Shown piece after piece: positions 1 through 10,504 of a DNA stretch of 64,000 nt. The translations under genes and the position numbers were made by a program. Under the pieces are notes generated by a model. The model was not told the origin of the DNA, made no database searches, and saw nothing but the letters and a program-made list of their open reading frames with translations. Source of the DNA: an uncultured Dehalococcoidia bacterium (GTDB lineage: Bacteria > Chloroflexota > Dehalococcoidia > DSTF01 > JALHUB01); the NCBI GenBank assembly GCA_964565775.1, contig CAZMGB010000006.1:82941-146940 (forward strand). Reading direction: 5' to 3'. Every line of letters starts with the position of its first letter. Within the stretch, counting starts at the first letter, position 1.

Positions 1-444
1 GACCCGCCCAAGGCCGGCGGAAACTACCCCCTTTGGTTCAGTGGCGGCCACACCCGCTGGAGCATACACGCCATCTGGCGCACCAGCAAAATCCTTCTCA
101 ACCTCCAGCGCGGGGAGCCCGTCATGTACATGAACCCGCAGGACGCCCAGGCCCGTGGCCTACAGGACCATGACATAGCCTGGGTCTACAACGATGTGGG
201 CGGTTTCAAGATCCACGTCAAGGCGTCGGCGGCTGTGCAGCCGGGCCAGGTCATCGTCTACCACGCCTGGGAGCCGTACCAGTTCGCCGACTGGATGGGC
301 AGCCAGGCCGTGGTGGCTTCTCCCTGGAAGCCCCTTCACCTGCTGGGCGACTACGGGCACCTGACGTGGAGGACGATCCTGGGCCAGCCCAGCCACATCA
401 TGCGGGCGATGGCCGTCGAGGTGGAGAAGGCAAGGCCCGCCTAG
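1..444 (+). CDS. Partial (5'-truncated) molybdopterin oxidoreductase, C-terminal molybdopterin dinucleotide-binding domain
   Basis: Frame 1 is open from base 1 (DPPKAGGNYPLWFSGGHTRW...) and continues into the listed ORF 124..444. The C-terminal segment is typical of the DMSO/nitrate-reductase family Mo-bisPGD enzymes. No start codon lies in the window. Confidence 0.55.
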   Translation, partial: DPPKAGGNYPLWFSGGHTRWSIHAIWRTSKILLNLQRGEPVMYMNPQDAQARGLQDHDIAWVYNDVGGFKIHVKASAAVQPGQVIVYHAWEPYQFADWMGSQAVVASPWKPLHLLGDYGHLTWRTILGQPSHIMRAMAVEVEKARPA

Positions 445-1313
445 CCCCCGGACGCTTCGGCACGCCCCCTTCGTGGCGTGGCGGGGGCCACCGCCGCTTC
501 CGTCATAAACGCTTCAGCGAGCTTGCGAACGCGCGCCCTTCGGCTCGGCGTCATCGCCTCGTATGCCTCGGCAAGCGCGACGTTCTCCTCCACCTCCCTG
601 GGGAAGCGCATGCCCGGGATCACCACCGAGATCTGAGCGTTCGAGAGCGCATACCGGAGCAGCGTGCCGGCGCTCAGCCGCTCGTCGTAGGGCGAGTGCT
701 TCAGGGAACCCAGCATCCCGAACCCACCGAACGGCTTCATTACGATGATGCCGATGTCCCTCCTTCTCGCCAGCCGCAGCGCCGCCTCCGCCGAGCGGCT
801 GAACGGGCTGTAGGCGAGCTGAACGGTGTCGAACTCGGCGCTCTCGACGGCCAGCCGCAGCACCTCAGGCGAGTGGCTGGATATGCCGATGAACCGCACC
901 CGGCCCTCGTCCCGCGCTTCCTTGAGGCCGTCGAGAGCGCCGCCGGGCGCCATCACCGCCTCCCAGTCCTCCTCGCCGACGTTGCAGGCCTGATAGATGG
1001 CGACCCTCTCCAGCCCCAGGTGGTCGAGGCTGCGCTCGAGGTCGCGCAGGGCGCCATCCCGCGACCGGCGCAGCGTCTTGCTCGCCACGTGAACCGCCGC
1101 GCCGCCATCGGGCAGCTGCCGCAGTACCCGGCCGATCAGAAGCTCGCTCCCCCTGTAGAGGCGGCCGGTCTCCACGAAGTCGACACCGAGAGCGAAGGCG
1201 CGCAGCAACGCCTGCTCGCCCTCGGGGGCGCCGGCCACATGCGCCGCACCGAAACCCAGCTCGCTGACTGAAAGCCCGGTCCTGCCCAGCCGTCTCCTAC
1301 GCAAGTCAGTCAT
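441..1313 (-). CDS. Aldo/keto reductase family oxidoreductase
   Basis: 290 aa. The N-terminus RRLGRTGLSVSELGFG and an overall TIM-barrel AKR signature (IGISSHSPE, GISNAQ-like) point to this family. Confidence 0.85.
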   Translation of the reverse strand: MTDLRRRRLGRTGLSVSELGFGAAHVAGAPEGEQALLRAFALGVDFVETGRLYRGSELLIGRVLRQLPDGGAAVHVASKTLRRSRDGALRDLERSLDHLGLERVAIYQACNVGEEDWEAVMAPGGALDGLKEARDEGRVRFIGISSHSPEVLRLAVESAEFDTVQLAYSPFSRSAEAALRLARRRDIGIIVMKPFGGFGMLGSLKHSPYDERLSAGTLLRYALSNAQISVVIPGMRFPREVEENVALAEAYEAMTPSRRARVRKLAEAFMTEAAVAPATPRRGRAEASGG

Positions 1314-1441
1314 CTCCCTGTCGAACCGGCGCTCCCCGGACGGTAGCCCATTATCGCCCTAAAGGGATTACCTTTGCGCCGAGCTGGGTAGCGCTTCGTA
1401 GCCGCAGATTTAGGGTCATCAACGAATTGTTGGCGGGATAC

Positions 1442-1494
1442 GTAGGGGCAGGGCTCGCCCCTGCCCCAGGGGCGCCTGCGAGAGGCGCCCCTAC
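1442..1494. other. Nested GC-rich inverted repeats (two adjacent perfect hairpins enclosed by a GTAGGGG...CCCCTAC outer repeat) in a 550-bp divergent intergenic region
   Basis: The sequence is gtaggggcagggc-tcg-cccctgcccc followed by aggggcgcc-tgcgag-aggcgcccctac. Its function is unknown; it could be a regulatory RNA structure or a REP-like element. Confidence 0.3.
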
Positions 1495-1861
1495 GACCGG
1501 GGGCAACGTCTTGCGCCACTATTCTCTTCATGCCCATTAGCCCTGCCAACAGAGCAGTCTCAAGGGCAGACCTGATGATCATTGCCGAAATAAGGTATCA
1601 TCGCGCAACGCTCGCAGGCGGGGGTCTTTTCCGCCGAAGGCGGATGCGCCTCTGGCGCAAGACCCTCGCGCACCTGTCGGGGTCTCAAGACCCCGACCTA
1701 CGAAGTTCGAACTCTGTCGGGTTATCTCAGCAATGACCTGAAGGTCTGCAGCTACGGCGGCGGACCGCAGAGTCACCTCGTTGATGACCAAGATGGGCTG
1801 ATCGCAGCCAAACGACGCTCCAAGACCGGCCTCCGAGGGCTCGCGATCGGCTATAATCGGC

Positions 1862-4393
1862 GTGTCCAACCACGGGCCGACCGAGCAGCAGGGAAGGGCC
1901 TCGGGCCGAGCCATGGCCTTCGCGCTTCGACGAAGGATTCTCAAGCGGCTGGCGCTCGCCGGCATCGTCGCCCTTGTGCTGGCCGCCGCGGCTCTGGCAG
2001 TCGCCCTCTACTTCGCGCCACTCCCCGCCGACCCCACCGACCGTCTGTCCGGCGACGCCACGAAGATCTACGACCGCCACGGCCGTCTCCTCTACGAGCT
2101 GGCGGGGCCGGCCGGCAGCCACACCTACGCGCACCTCGAGGAGATCTCGCCTGCCCTGCGCAAAGCGACCGTCGCCACGGAGGACGCCAGCTTCTTCGAC
2201 AACCCCGGCGTTGACTTCTGGGCCGCCATCCGCGCCCTCCTCCAGAACCTGCGAGAAGGCAAGCTCGTCTCCGGCGGCAGCACCATCAGCCAGCAGCTCG
2301 CCCGCAACCTCTACCTCTCGCCCGACGAGCGGTCCTCGCCGAGCCTCTGGCGCAAGCTGCGCGAGACCCTTCTGGCGATCCGGCTCAACCGCCAGCTCAG
2401 CAAGGACGATATCCTCGAGCTCTACCTGAATCAAGTCTACTACGGCAACCTGGCCTACGGCGCCGAGGCCGCTGCCCGCACCTACTTCGGCAAGCCCGCC
2501 CGCGACCTCGACCTAGCCGAGGCAGCGTTGCTCGCCGGCCTGCCCCAATCGCCTTCGGCCTACGACCCGTTCCTGCACCGCGCTGCCGCCCGGGAGCGCC
2601 AGCGCACCGTGCTCTCGCGCATGGTCGCCGCCGGCTATATCGACGAGGCGGAGGCCGACGCCGCCTCGCGGGAGCCGCTGGTGTTCAACTCTACCCCTTT
2701 CCCCATCGAGGCGCCGCACTTCGTCGTCTACGTCCAGGCGCTCCTGGAGGAGATGCTGGGGAGGGAGCGCGTCGAGAAGGGCGGCCTTCGCGTCTACACG
2801 ACCCTTGACCTCGACATGCAGGCAGCCGCGGAGGCGACGGCCCGCCGCCACGTCGAGGAGCTCGGCGACAGGAACGTCAGCAACGCGGCGCTCGTCGCGC
2901 TCGATCCGAGCAGCGGCCAGATCCTCGCCATGCTCGGCAGCGTCGACTACTTCGATGAGAAGATAGACGGTGCCGTGAACGTGGCGATCTCACCGCGCCA
3001 GCCGGGCTCTGCCATCAAGCCCATTCTCTATGCCGCCGCCCTGGGCATGGGCCTCACGCCCGCTACGCCGATCTACGACGTACATACCGCCTTCACGACA
3101 CGCCAGGGCGAGCTCTTCGTCCCGAACAACTACGACGGCCTGTTTCACGGCATCGTGCCCCTGCGCATCGCCCTCGCCTCCTCCTTCAACGTGCCGGCGG
3201 TGCGGGTCCTGCGGCAGGTCGGCCTCGAACGCTTCCTCAACCTGGCGAGCGCGCTCGGAATCAGCACCTTCGGCAACCGCGATCGCTTCGACCTGAGCCT
3301 GACCCTGGGCGGCGGCGAGGTGACGCTGCTCGATCTGACGAGCGCCTACGCCGCCTTCGCCTCAGGCGGCCTGCGTCGCGACCCTGTCGCCATACTGAGG
3401 GTAGAGGATGCCTCGGGCAATGTCCTGCACGAGTGGCAGCCGGCGCCCGACCAGCAGGTTCTCAGCCCTCAGGTGGCCTATCTCATCACCGACATCCTAT
3501 CGGACGAGCAGGCCCGCGTCCCCGGCTTCGGTTGGGCGAGCCCGCTGGACCTCTCCCGGCCCGCCGCCGCCAAGACCGGCACGACCACGGACTGGCGCGA
3601 CAACTGGACTGTCGGCTACACGCCCGATCTCGTCACCGGAGTCTGGGTGGGCAACGCCGACAACCAGCCGATGCGCAACGTCTCGGGCATCACGGGCGCC
3701 GCCCCAATCTGGCACGACTTCATGGAGCAGGCCCTCAAGGCCGCCGCTCCGCGCGAATTCCCCCGGCCCGACGGGCTCGTGCAGGAAGAGGTCTGTTCCC
3801 CTATGGGCGGGCGGCCCGGCCCCTGGTGCCAGGACCGACGCCTGGAGCTCTTCATCGCCGGCACCGAGCCGCAAGAAGTCGATGACTATTACCGGCCGCT
3901 TCAGATCTGCGCCCCCACGGGCGAGGTGGCGACGGCCGCCTGCCCGCCCGACCAGGTTGTCCAGCGTGTCTTCGAGTTTCCGCCCGCCGAGGTGATCCCC
4001 TGGGCGCGTGCCTCAGGCGTGGCGCTGCCACCCCTGCCGCCCTACCGGGAGGGGCCATCGCCCTTGGCAGCGACACCTGGCAGCGATGAGAGCTCGGCGG
4101 CCTTCGCGGTGCGGCTGGTGAGCCCGGACCCCGAGCTCGTCCTTCGCATCAGCGACGAGCTTCCCCGCGAGAGTCAGGCCCTCGGCGTCGAAGCCTTGAC
4201 CAGCGGGCCCGTCGCGGCCTCAGAGGTCCAGCTCTACGACAACGGCCGCCTGCTGGCGACCATCGATGAGCCACCCTTCCGCGTGACGTGGCCCCTGGAA
4301 GAGGGCCAGCACCAGTTTCAGGCCAGCGCCTTCGACAGCCAGGGTACACGAGTCGACAGCGAGACGGTGAGCGTTACCGTGCTCCCGCCGTAG
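1862..4393 (+). CDS. pbpC: Class A penicillin-binding protein (transglycosylase + transpeptidase), PBP1C-like
   Basis: The GT51 motifs ([30 protein letters not shown]) and the transpeptidase motifs SAIKP, SFN and KTGTT are present. A roughly 200-aa C-terminal extension and the adjacent alpha-2-macroglobulin gene suggest PBP1C. The annotated start is GTG 1862; an ATG at 1913 (MAFALRRR..., TM anchor) is an alternative start. Confidence 0.8.
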   Translation: MSNHGPTEQQGRASGRAMAFALRRRILKRLALAGIVALVLAAAALAVALYFAPLPADPTDRLSGDATKIYDRHGRLLYELAGPAGSHTYAHLEEISPALRKATVATEDASFFDNPGVDFWAAIRALLQNLREGKLVSGGSTISQQLARNLYLSPDERSSPSLWRKLRETLLAIRLNRQLSKDDILELYLNQVYYGNLAYGAEAAARTYFGKPARDLDLAEAALLAGLPQSPSAYDPFLHRAAARERQRTVLSRMVAAGYIDEAEADAASREPLVFNSTPFPIEAPHFVVYVQALLEEMLGRERVEKGGLRVYTTLDLDMQAAAEATARRHVEELGDRNVSNAALVALDPSSGQILAMLGSVDYFDEKIDGAVNVAISPRQPGSAIKPILYAAALGMGLTPATPIYDVHTAFTTRQGELFVPNNYDGLFHGIVPLRIALASSFNVPAVRVLRQVGLERFLNLASALGISTFGNRDRFDLSLTLGGGEVTLLDLTSAYAAFASGGLRRDPVAILRVEDASGNVLHEWQPAPDQQVLSPQVAYLITDILSDEQARVPGFGWASPLDLSRPAAAKTGTTTDWRDNWTVGYTPDLVTGVWVGNADNQPMRNVSGITGAAPIWHDFMEQALKAAAPREFPRPDGLVQEEVCSPMGGRPGPWCQDRRLELFIAGTEPQEVDDYYRPLQICAPTGEVATAACPPDQVVQRVFEFPPAEVIPWARASGVALPPLPPYREGPSPLAATPGSDESSAAFAVRLVSPDPELVLRISDELPRESQALGVEALTSGPVAASEVQLYDNGRLLATIDEPPFRVTWPLEEGQHQFQASAFDSQGTRVDSETVSVTVLPP

Positions 4394-4407
4394 AAAGGGG
4401 AACGCCA

Positions 4408-7400
4408 GTGAATGCGCTGCTATCCGCCGCCCGCAAGCCGCGGTTCCTGATTGCCGCCGTCATCATCGCCCTTGTGCTGGCCTCAGTCGGCGGTGGCCTG
4501 GCCTACATGCTGACGCGACCGCCCTCCGAATGTCCCGAAGGCCTCTGCGTCGAGAGCGTCTCCCCCACCGGCGACGACGTGGACCGCACCACGCCCGTGA
4601 CCATCAAGTTCCTAAGCGGCGTCGACAAAGACAAGGCTGAAGGGGCGCTTCGGGTCTCGCCCGAGGCCAAGGGCACCCTCTCCTGGAAGGAGAACACGCT
4701 GACCTTCGTGCCCGAATGGCCCGGCTTCGCCCGCGGCGTCGCCTACGAGGTGGAGCTCGCCACCCCTGAGGCGCACCTGCCCCAGGGCGAGCCCGTCTCC
4801 TTCTCGTTCGCGACGGCCGGCAAGCTCAAGGTGGAGAGCGTCGTCCCCGACCCCGACGCGACCGAGGTAAGCATCACGGCCGACCTCATGGTGCAGTTCA
4901 ACCGGTCGGTCGCGCCCCTGACTGTGCTCGAGGAAGCGCCACAGGGTCAGATACTCGAGTTCGACCCGCCCGTGCAGGGCGAGGGGCGCTGGGTCAACAG
5001 CTCCCTCTACAGCTTCAAGCCGGACGGAGGCTGGCAACCGGCCACCCACTACGTCGTGACGGCGCCCGCCGCCCTCACGGACGTCCTGGGCGGCTCACTG
5101 GAAAAGGACTACGTGTGGTCCTTCGAGACCGTCCTGCCCGCCGTCGCGGAGGTCAGCCCGGCGGACAACGCCGAGTTCGTGGGGCCGCTGCAAGCAGTGA
5201 AGGTGACTTTCAACCAGCCGATGGACCGCGCGGCGGCGGAGGCGGCCTTCTCCCTCGTGAGCGAGAGCAGCGGCGCCAGCCCGACGGGCTCCTTCTCCTG
5301 GAGCGACGACTTCACGCTCGTGTTCAAGCCCTCCAGCCCCTTCGAGCCTGAGGCGCGTTACGCAGCGACCATGCCCGCGGGCGTCCCCAACGCCCTGGGC
5401 TCGGCCTCCACCGCCGGCGAGGAGCGCTGGAGCTTCACGACGGTGGGCCCGCCACGGGTGGCGAGCAGCGACCCGGCCAACGGCGAGACGCAAGCCAGCA
5501 GGTTCGGCGTGTCAATCGACTTCAGCAACCCGATGGTCCGCGCGTCGGTCGAGGACAACGTCTCGCTGGAGCCGGAGCCCGAGGACGGGCCCTACTTCTG
5601 GTGGGAGATGCCGAACACGCTTCACATCGGCCTCACCTTCAAGCCGTCGAGCCCCTACACGGTATCTCTGGACGGCGCCAAGGACCGCTACGGCCAGCCC
5701 CTGCCGCCGTTCACCGTCTCCTTCGTGACGGAGCCCGTGGAGCCGAGCCTTTCCGTCATGCGATCAGGGCAGAGCGGCACCTACAACGCCTATCTGGAGC
5801 CGCGCGTCGTCGCGCGCGCCATCAACGTTTCGCGAGTCGACTTCGCCCTCTACCGGCTCGATCGTGATACCTTCGTGCGCTTTGAGTCTCAGTACAACGC
5901 CGCCAGCGAGTACGCGCCGCCGGCCACCGACCTGATCCGCCGCTGGTCCGAGAACATCACGAACCCGCCGCTCGATAGCCCCGTCACCGTATCGAGTGAC
6001 CTCCTCGGCGTTGGCGGCGGCAAGCTCGATCCGGGCTTCTACTTCCTGGAGGTCAGCGCTCCGGGCGCCACCTACTCCGACACGATACCGCTCGTGGTCA
6101 GCAAGACGAACCTGACCCTCAAGCGCACCGACACCAGCCTTCTGGTCTGGGCTCTCGACATGAGTACGGGCCAGCCCCTCGCCGACCTCTCCCTGGAGAT
6201 CATAGACTGGCAGGGCAAGCACATCGGCGATGGCACCACCGGCAGCGACGGCATCTTCGAGGGCACCCTTCCCAAACCCGCCCCCGAAGACGCATACCGC
6301 CCCTTCTTCGTCGTTGGGGACCGGCCCGGCGACGTGGCGCTCGCATCGTCGCAGTGGAGCGCCGGCATCTCCCCCTGGGACTTCGATCTGCCCGCCGCCT
6401 ACACCACCCTCGACTACGCCGGCCACGTCTACACCGACCGGCCCCTTTACCGTCCGGGCGAGACGGTCTACTACAAGGGCATCCTGCGAACGGACGACAA
6501 CGCTAAGTACGGCCTCCCTCCGGCCGACCCCGGCGCCACGCTGAGCATCACCGACAGCATGGGGCACGAGATCCTCTCCTCGAAGATCGAGCTGAGCGAC
6601 TACGGCACCTTCGACGGCGAGCTCGACCTGGGCCCCGAGGCAAGCACCGGCTACTACAGCATCCGCATAGTCATGAACGAGGAGAGCATCGCCTGGGGCA
6701 GCTTCTCGGTCGCCGAGTTCCGCAAGCCCGAGTTCGAGGTCGACCTCAGCACTGACCGCGACGCTTATGTCAACGGCGACAGCATCAAGGCGGACGTCAC
6801 AGCCACCTACTACTTCGGCGCCCCCACCGCCGACTCTCAGGTCAAATGGAACGTCACGTCTCAGGACTACATCTTCCGGCCTGACGACTACCCCGAATAC
6901 TCCTTTATCGACTTCGATCAGTACGAGTCTCGCTTCTACGGCCAGCCCCGCTCGGAAGGAGAAGGGCGCACCGACGCCGAGGGCGCATTCGCGTTCGAAA
7001 CACCCGCCAACGTGAGCAGCGACCTGGTGAGCCAGGCCTTCCGCGTCGAGGCCACCGTCACCGACGTCAACGAGCAGGAGGTCAGCGCCTCGAAGGAGGT
7101 GGTGGTGCACAAGGCCGACTTCTACGTCGGTCTCAAGCCGGAGGGCTACGTCTACAGCGCGGGCGAGCCGGCGGCCGTGGACATAGTCAGCGTTGACCCG
7201 GAAGGCAAGCCGCGGCCCGATACGCCCATGACCGTATCGATCTTCCGCCGTCGCTGGATCACCGCACGCGTAAGCGAGCCGGACGGCGAACAGCACTACC
7301 AGAGCGAGCCCGAAGACACCCTCGTAGAGAAGCACGACGTGACTACGGGCTCCGATGCCACCGCCTCCGTCACCTTCACCCCCGATAAGGGAGGCGAGTA

Positions 7401-10272
7401 CCGGGTCGTCGCCGATGCCCGCGACGCCAGGGGCAACGATGTCCACAGCGCGACATCGGTGTGGGTGAGCAGCGGCGAGTACGTAAGCTGGCGCGTCACT
7501 AACGACGACCGCATCGAGCTTGTGGCCGACAAGGCCGAGTACCAGCCGGGCGACACCGCCCGCATCCTCGTCAGCGCGCCCTTCGAGGGCAGTATCGGCC
7601 TTGTGACCGAGGAGCGTGGCAAGATCCTGAGCAGCCACGTCCAGGACTTCGAAACGAACAGCACGATCCTTGAGGTGCCGATCAGCGAAGACGACGTGCC
7701 AAACGTCTTCGTCTCCACGGTGCTCTTCAAAGCGCCGACCGCCGATAACCCGATGCCCGCCTTCAAGGTCGGCTACGTGGAGCTACCCGTCTCGATCGCC
7801 GAGAAGAAGCTGTCCATCACCATCGAGCCCAGCGCCGAACAGCTCGAGCCACGCGACGAGATCAGCTACACGATCACGACCCGCGACAGCAGCGGCAAAG
7901 GGGTGCCGGCGGAGGTGACGCTGGCCCTGGTCGACAAGGCGCTCCTCTCACTCACGGATCAGCAGGGCCAGGGCGCCCTCGAGGCATTCTGGAGTCGCCG
8001 CGGCCTGGGCGTCACCACGTCCTCCGCGTACACGGTCTCCATCGACCGTGCCAATGAGATCTCCCTGTCGCGCGAGGGCGGGGGCAAGGGAGGCGGCGGT
8101 GGCGGCGGCGCTCCCGGCGAGAGCCGTACCTTCTTCCCCAACACCGCCTACTGGAACCCCGATCTCCACACCGACGACAACGGTCGCGCCACGGTCACCG
8201 TCGAGCTTCCGGATACGCTGACGACATGGCGCCTGACCGCTCACGCCCTTACCAAGACGACGCAGGTGGGCGACGGCACCAATGAGGTTGTGACCAGCAA
8301 AGACCTCATCGTTCGCCCCGTTGTGCCCCGCTTCCTCATCGCCGGGGACACGCCTACCCTCAAGGCCATCGTCCACAACTTCTCGGACAAGGACCGCGAG
8401 GTGGAGGTGACCTTCTCGTCGGACGTGGTATCGCCGTCGGGCGAAAAGACGCAGAAGGTAGCCGTCGCCGCCGGCGAGCTGGGGGAGGTGAGCTGGGAGA
8501 CGACCGTCTCCCAGGACACGAGCGCCGACCTCAAGTTCGACGCCAAGGCCGGGGGTGGGCTCTCGGACTCGGTCGACGTCAGCGTGCCCGTGTACGAGTT
8601 CGTCTCGCCGGAGGTCACGGCCAGCGGCGGCGAGGTGGTGGATGAGGCCACCGAGGCCGTGAACCTCCCCTACTACGTCGACCCGTCCCGCGGCGAGCTC
8701 ACCGTGGACGTCGCTTCATCCCTCGTGGCCGGACTCGACGAGGGGCTGCACTCCCTCGAGGAGTACCAGTACGAAAGCGCCGAGCAGACGGTGGGCCGGC
8801 TGATCACGCGCCTGGCGCTGCACCGCGCCATCACAGAAGCAGGGCTGCCCGACACCCTGGGCATCAGCGAGGACCTGGACGGGCTGGTCGCCCGCTCGAC
8901 GCTGCGCCTCTACAGCGACCAGCACTTCGACGGCGGCTGGGGCTGGTGGATCAACAGCCCCAGTGACCCCTTCCTTACGGCCTTCACGATGTTCGGTCTG
9001 GGCCAGGCCATCCACGCGGGCTACACCGTGGACGACTTCGCACTGGAGAGGGCCAGCGATTACCTGCGTCAGGAGCTCGACCGCCCCTTCGACGTGGAGA
9101 GCCCCCAGGACCCCGACCTGCGGGCCTTCATCCTGCTGGCGATGGCCGAGGCGGGCCAGGGCGACCTGGGCCGCACCTATGCCCTGGCGGAGCAACGGGC
9201 CACCCTGGGACCCTTCGGCATGGCATCGCTCATAATGGCCATCCAGGAGCTCAGCCCCCAGGCCACGGACGACCCGAGGCTCAAGACGCTCATCTCCGAC
9301 CTCACGAACGCCGCCATAACCAGCGCCACCGGCAACCACTGGCAGGAGGAGACGCCCGACTTCGCCATCATGGGGACGAACGCGCGCGCGACGGCGGCCG
9401 CCCTCAGCGCCTTGATGCGCGTCGACCCCAATCACCCGCTGGTCGACGAGACGGTGCGCTGGCTCATGGTCGCACGCAGCGCGTCCGCCTCAGGCGGATG
9501 GGAGACCACCCAGGAAACTGCCTTCAGCGTCCTCGCCCTGGCGGAGTATATGGTCGCACGCGGGGAGTCGGGCGACTTCTCATATCGTGTCGAGGCGAAC
9601 GGCGAGACCGTAGGCGAAGGGGACGCGAAGGCCAGCGAGCCCGCCGCGACGAACGAGGTGACGGTCGAACTCAAAGACCTGCGCATCGGCGAGGAGAACC
9701 TGGTTCGCCTGGTGCGCACGCCGCCGGAGAGCAAGGGTAGACTCTACTACACGATGCACCTCCGCTATTTCACCCCCGCCGAGGACGTGGAGGCGGCCAG
9801 CCACGGCGTCGGCGTCGGACGCGACTACCTGCCGGCCGAGGGGGCGGCGGCAAGTATCGAATCGGTGGCCGTCGGCGACCTCGTCAAGGTCCGCCTTACC
9901 GTCTATGCGCCCACCGACCTGCACTTCCTTGTCGTGGAGGACTTCCTGCCGGCCGGCCTGGAAGCCGTCGATACCAGCCTCAAGATCACGAGCATAGAGG
10001 TGCGTGAGCTGCTCGCGGAGGAGCAACGCCGCATCTACGAGGAGCAGCGGCGCCAGGGGCTGTACTTCAACCCCTTTACGCACGTCGACATCCGCGATAA
10101 CCGGGTGGTGCTCTTCGCGAGCTTCGTCCCCAAGGGCACCTACGAGTACGTCTACGTCGCACGCGCCACCACAGCGGGCGAGTTCCACCTGCCCCCCACC
10201 AACGCCTTCGAGACGTACTTCCCCGAGGTGTGGGGGCGGACGGACGGTAGCCTGTTCACGGTGACCCCCTGA
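4408..10272 (+). CDS. Bacterial alpha-2-macroglobulin family protein (MG domains, A2M domain)
   Basis: The ORF 4288..10272 overlaps the PBP. The likely start is GTG 4408, preceded by aaagggga, and it opens an N-terminal TM anchor (VNALLSAARKPRFLIAAVIIALVL). The A2M hallmarks GGGKGGGGGGGAPGE...FFPNTAYWNPDL...TTWRLTAH are present. The thioester position reads YESAEQT rather than CxEQ. Confidence 0.85.
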   Translation: MNALLSAARKPRFLIAAVIIALVLASVGGGLAYMLTRPPSECPEGLCVESVSPTGDDVDRTTPVTIKFLSGVDKDKAEGALRVSPEAKGTLSWKENTLTFVPEWPGFARGVAYEVELATPEAHLPQGEPVSFSFATAGKLKVESVVPDPDATEVSITADLMVQFNRSVAPLTVLEEAPQGQILEFDPPVQGEGRWVNSSLYSFKPDGGWQPATHYVVTAPAALTDVLGGSLEKDYVWSFETVLPAVAEVSPADNAEFVGPLQAVKVTFNQPMDRAAAEAAFSLVSESSGASPTGSFSWSDDFTLVFKPSSPFEPEARYAATMPAGVPNALGSASTAGEERWSFTTVGPPRVASSDPANGETQASRFGVSIDFSNPMVRASVEDNVSLEPEPEDGPYFWWEMPNTLHIGLTFKPSSPYTVSLDGAKDRYGQPLPPFTVSFVTEPVEPSLSVMRSGQSGTYNAYLEPRVVARAINVSRVDFALYRLDRDTFVRFESQYNAASEYAPPATDLIRRWSENITNPPLDSPVTVSSDLLGVGGGKLDPGFYFLEVSAPGATYSDTIPLVVSKTNLTLKRTDTSLLVWALDMSTGQPLADLSLEIIDWQGKHIGDGTTGSDGIFEGTLPKPAPEDAYRPFFVVGDRPGDVALASSQWSAGISPWDFDLPAAYTTLDYAGHVYTDRPLYRPGETVYYKGILRTDDNAKYGLPPADPGATLSITDSMGHEILSSKIELSDYGTFDGELDLGPEASTGYYSIRIVMNEESIAWGSFSVAEFRKPEFEVDLSTDRDAYVNGDSIKADVTATYYFGAPTADSQVKWNVTSQDYIFRPDDYPEYSFIDFDQYESRFYGQPRSEGEGRTDAEGAFAFETPANVSSDLVSQAFRVEATVTDVNEQEVSASKEVVVHKADFYVGLKPEGYVYSAGEPAAVDIVSVDPEGKPRPDTPMTVSIFRRRWITARVSEPDGEQHYQSEPEDTLVEKHDVTTGSDATASVTFTPDKGGEYRVVADARDARGNDVHSATSVWVSSGEYVSWRVTNDDRIELVADKAEYQPGDTARILVSAPFEGSIGLVTEERGKILSSHVQDFETNSTILEVPISEDDVPNVFVSTVLFKAPTADNPMPAFKVGYVELPVSIAEKKLSITIEPSAEQLEPRDEISYTITTRDSSGKGVPAEVTLALVDKALLSLTDQQGQGALEAFWSRRGLGVTTSSAYTVSIDRANEISLSREGGGKGGGGGGGAPGESRTFFPNTAYWNPDLHTDDNGRATVTVELPDTLTTWRLTAHALTKTTQVGDGTNEVVTSKDLIVRPVVPRFLIAGDTPTLKAIVHNFSDKDREVEVTFSSDVVSPSGEKTQKVAVAAGELGEVSWETTVSQDTSADLKFDAKAGGGLSDSVDVSVPVYEFVSPEVTASGGEVVDEATEAVNLPYYVDPSRGELTVDVASSLVAGLDEGLHSLEEYQYESAEQTVGRLITRLALHRAITEAGLPDTLGISEDLDGLVARSTLRLYSDQHFDGGWGWWINSPSDPFLTAFTMFGLGQAIHAGYTVDDFALERASDYLRQELDRPFDVESPQDPDLRAFILLAMAEAGQGDLGRTYALAEQRATLGPFGMASLIMAIQELSPQATDDPRLKTLISDLTNAAITSATGNHWQEETPDFAIMGTNARATAAALSALMRVDPNHPLVDETVRWLMVARSASASGGWETTQETAFSVLALAEYMVARGESGDFSYRVEANGETVGEGDAKASEPAATNEVTVELKDLRIGEENLVRLVRTPPESKGRLYYTMHLRYFTPAEDVEAASHGVGVGRDYLPAEGAAASIESVAVGDLVKVRLTVYAPTDLHFLVVEDFLPAGLEAVDTSLKITSIEVRELLAEEQRRIYEEQRRQGLYFNPFTHVDIRDNRVVLFASFVPKGTYEYVYVARATTAGEFHLPPTNAFETYFPEVWGRTDGSLFTVTP

Positions 10273-10297
10273 GTAATCAACGCCGGAGGACTGTCAA

Positions 10298-10325
10298 GGG
10301 CCGCCCCTGACTAACGGGGCGGCCC
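10298..10325. terminator. Bidirectional intrinsic-terminator-like hairpin between convergent genes
   Basis: A perfect 10-bp stem gggccgcccc / ggggcggccc with an 8-nt loop sits directly after the A2M stop. It is GC-rich and lacks a T-tract. Confidence 0.4.
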
Positions 10326-10504
10326 TTCGACCATTCGGCCGCGCTCAGGGCAGGCAGGCTCAGGGTGCGGAAGCGGCGCTCGACGGCAAGGGCCATGCAT
10401 GATGACATGCTGAGATGACGGCATGCTGAGCATGTCGAAGCACCGAGCGTGAGGGACGGCCGCATTCTCGAAGCAATGACGACCGAGGAGATCGCCTCGC
10501 CCGT

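Noticed and set aside
366-1271. Long antisense/alternate-frame ORFs throughout the window (for example 366..1271 +, 5764..7638 -, 41517..42725 -, 45252..46496 -, 47764..48321 -) with Arg/Ala/Pro-rich translations
   Set aside because: These are typical high-GC artefacts. They overlap well-supported genes on the other strand, have biased low-complexity composition, and show no domain signatures.
4288-4407. Extension of the alpha-2-macroglobulin ORF back into the PBP gene (ATG 4288)
   Set aside because: It would overlap the PBP C-terminus by 106 nt. GTG 4408 with an upstream AAAGGGGA RBS starts exactly at the signal-anchor segment.
8090-8125. Poly-Gly stretch (GGGKGGGGGGGAPGE) in the A2M gene as a possible independent repeat or frameshift-prone site
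   Set aside because: It is encoded by mixed GGN codons, not a pure homopolymer. The reading frame is maintained, so it was treated as a flexible linker.
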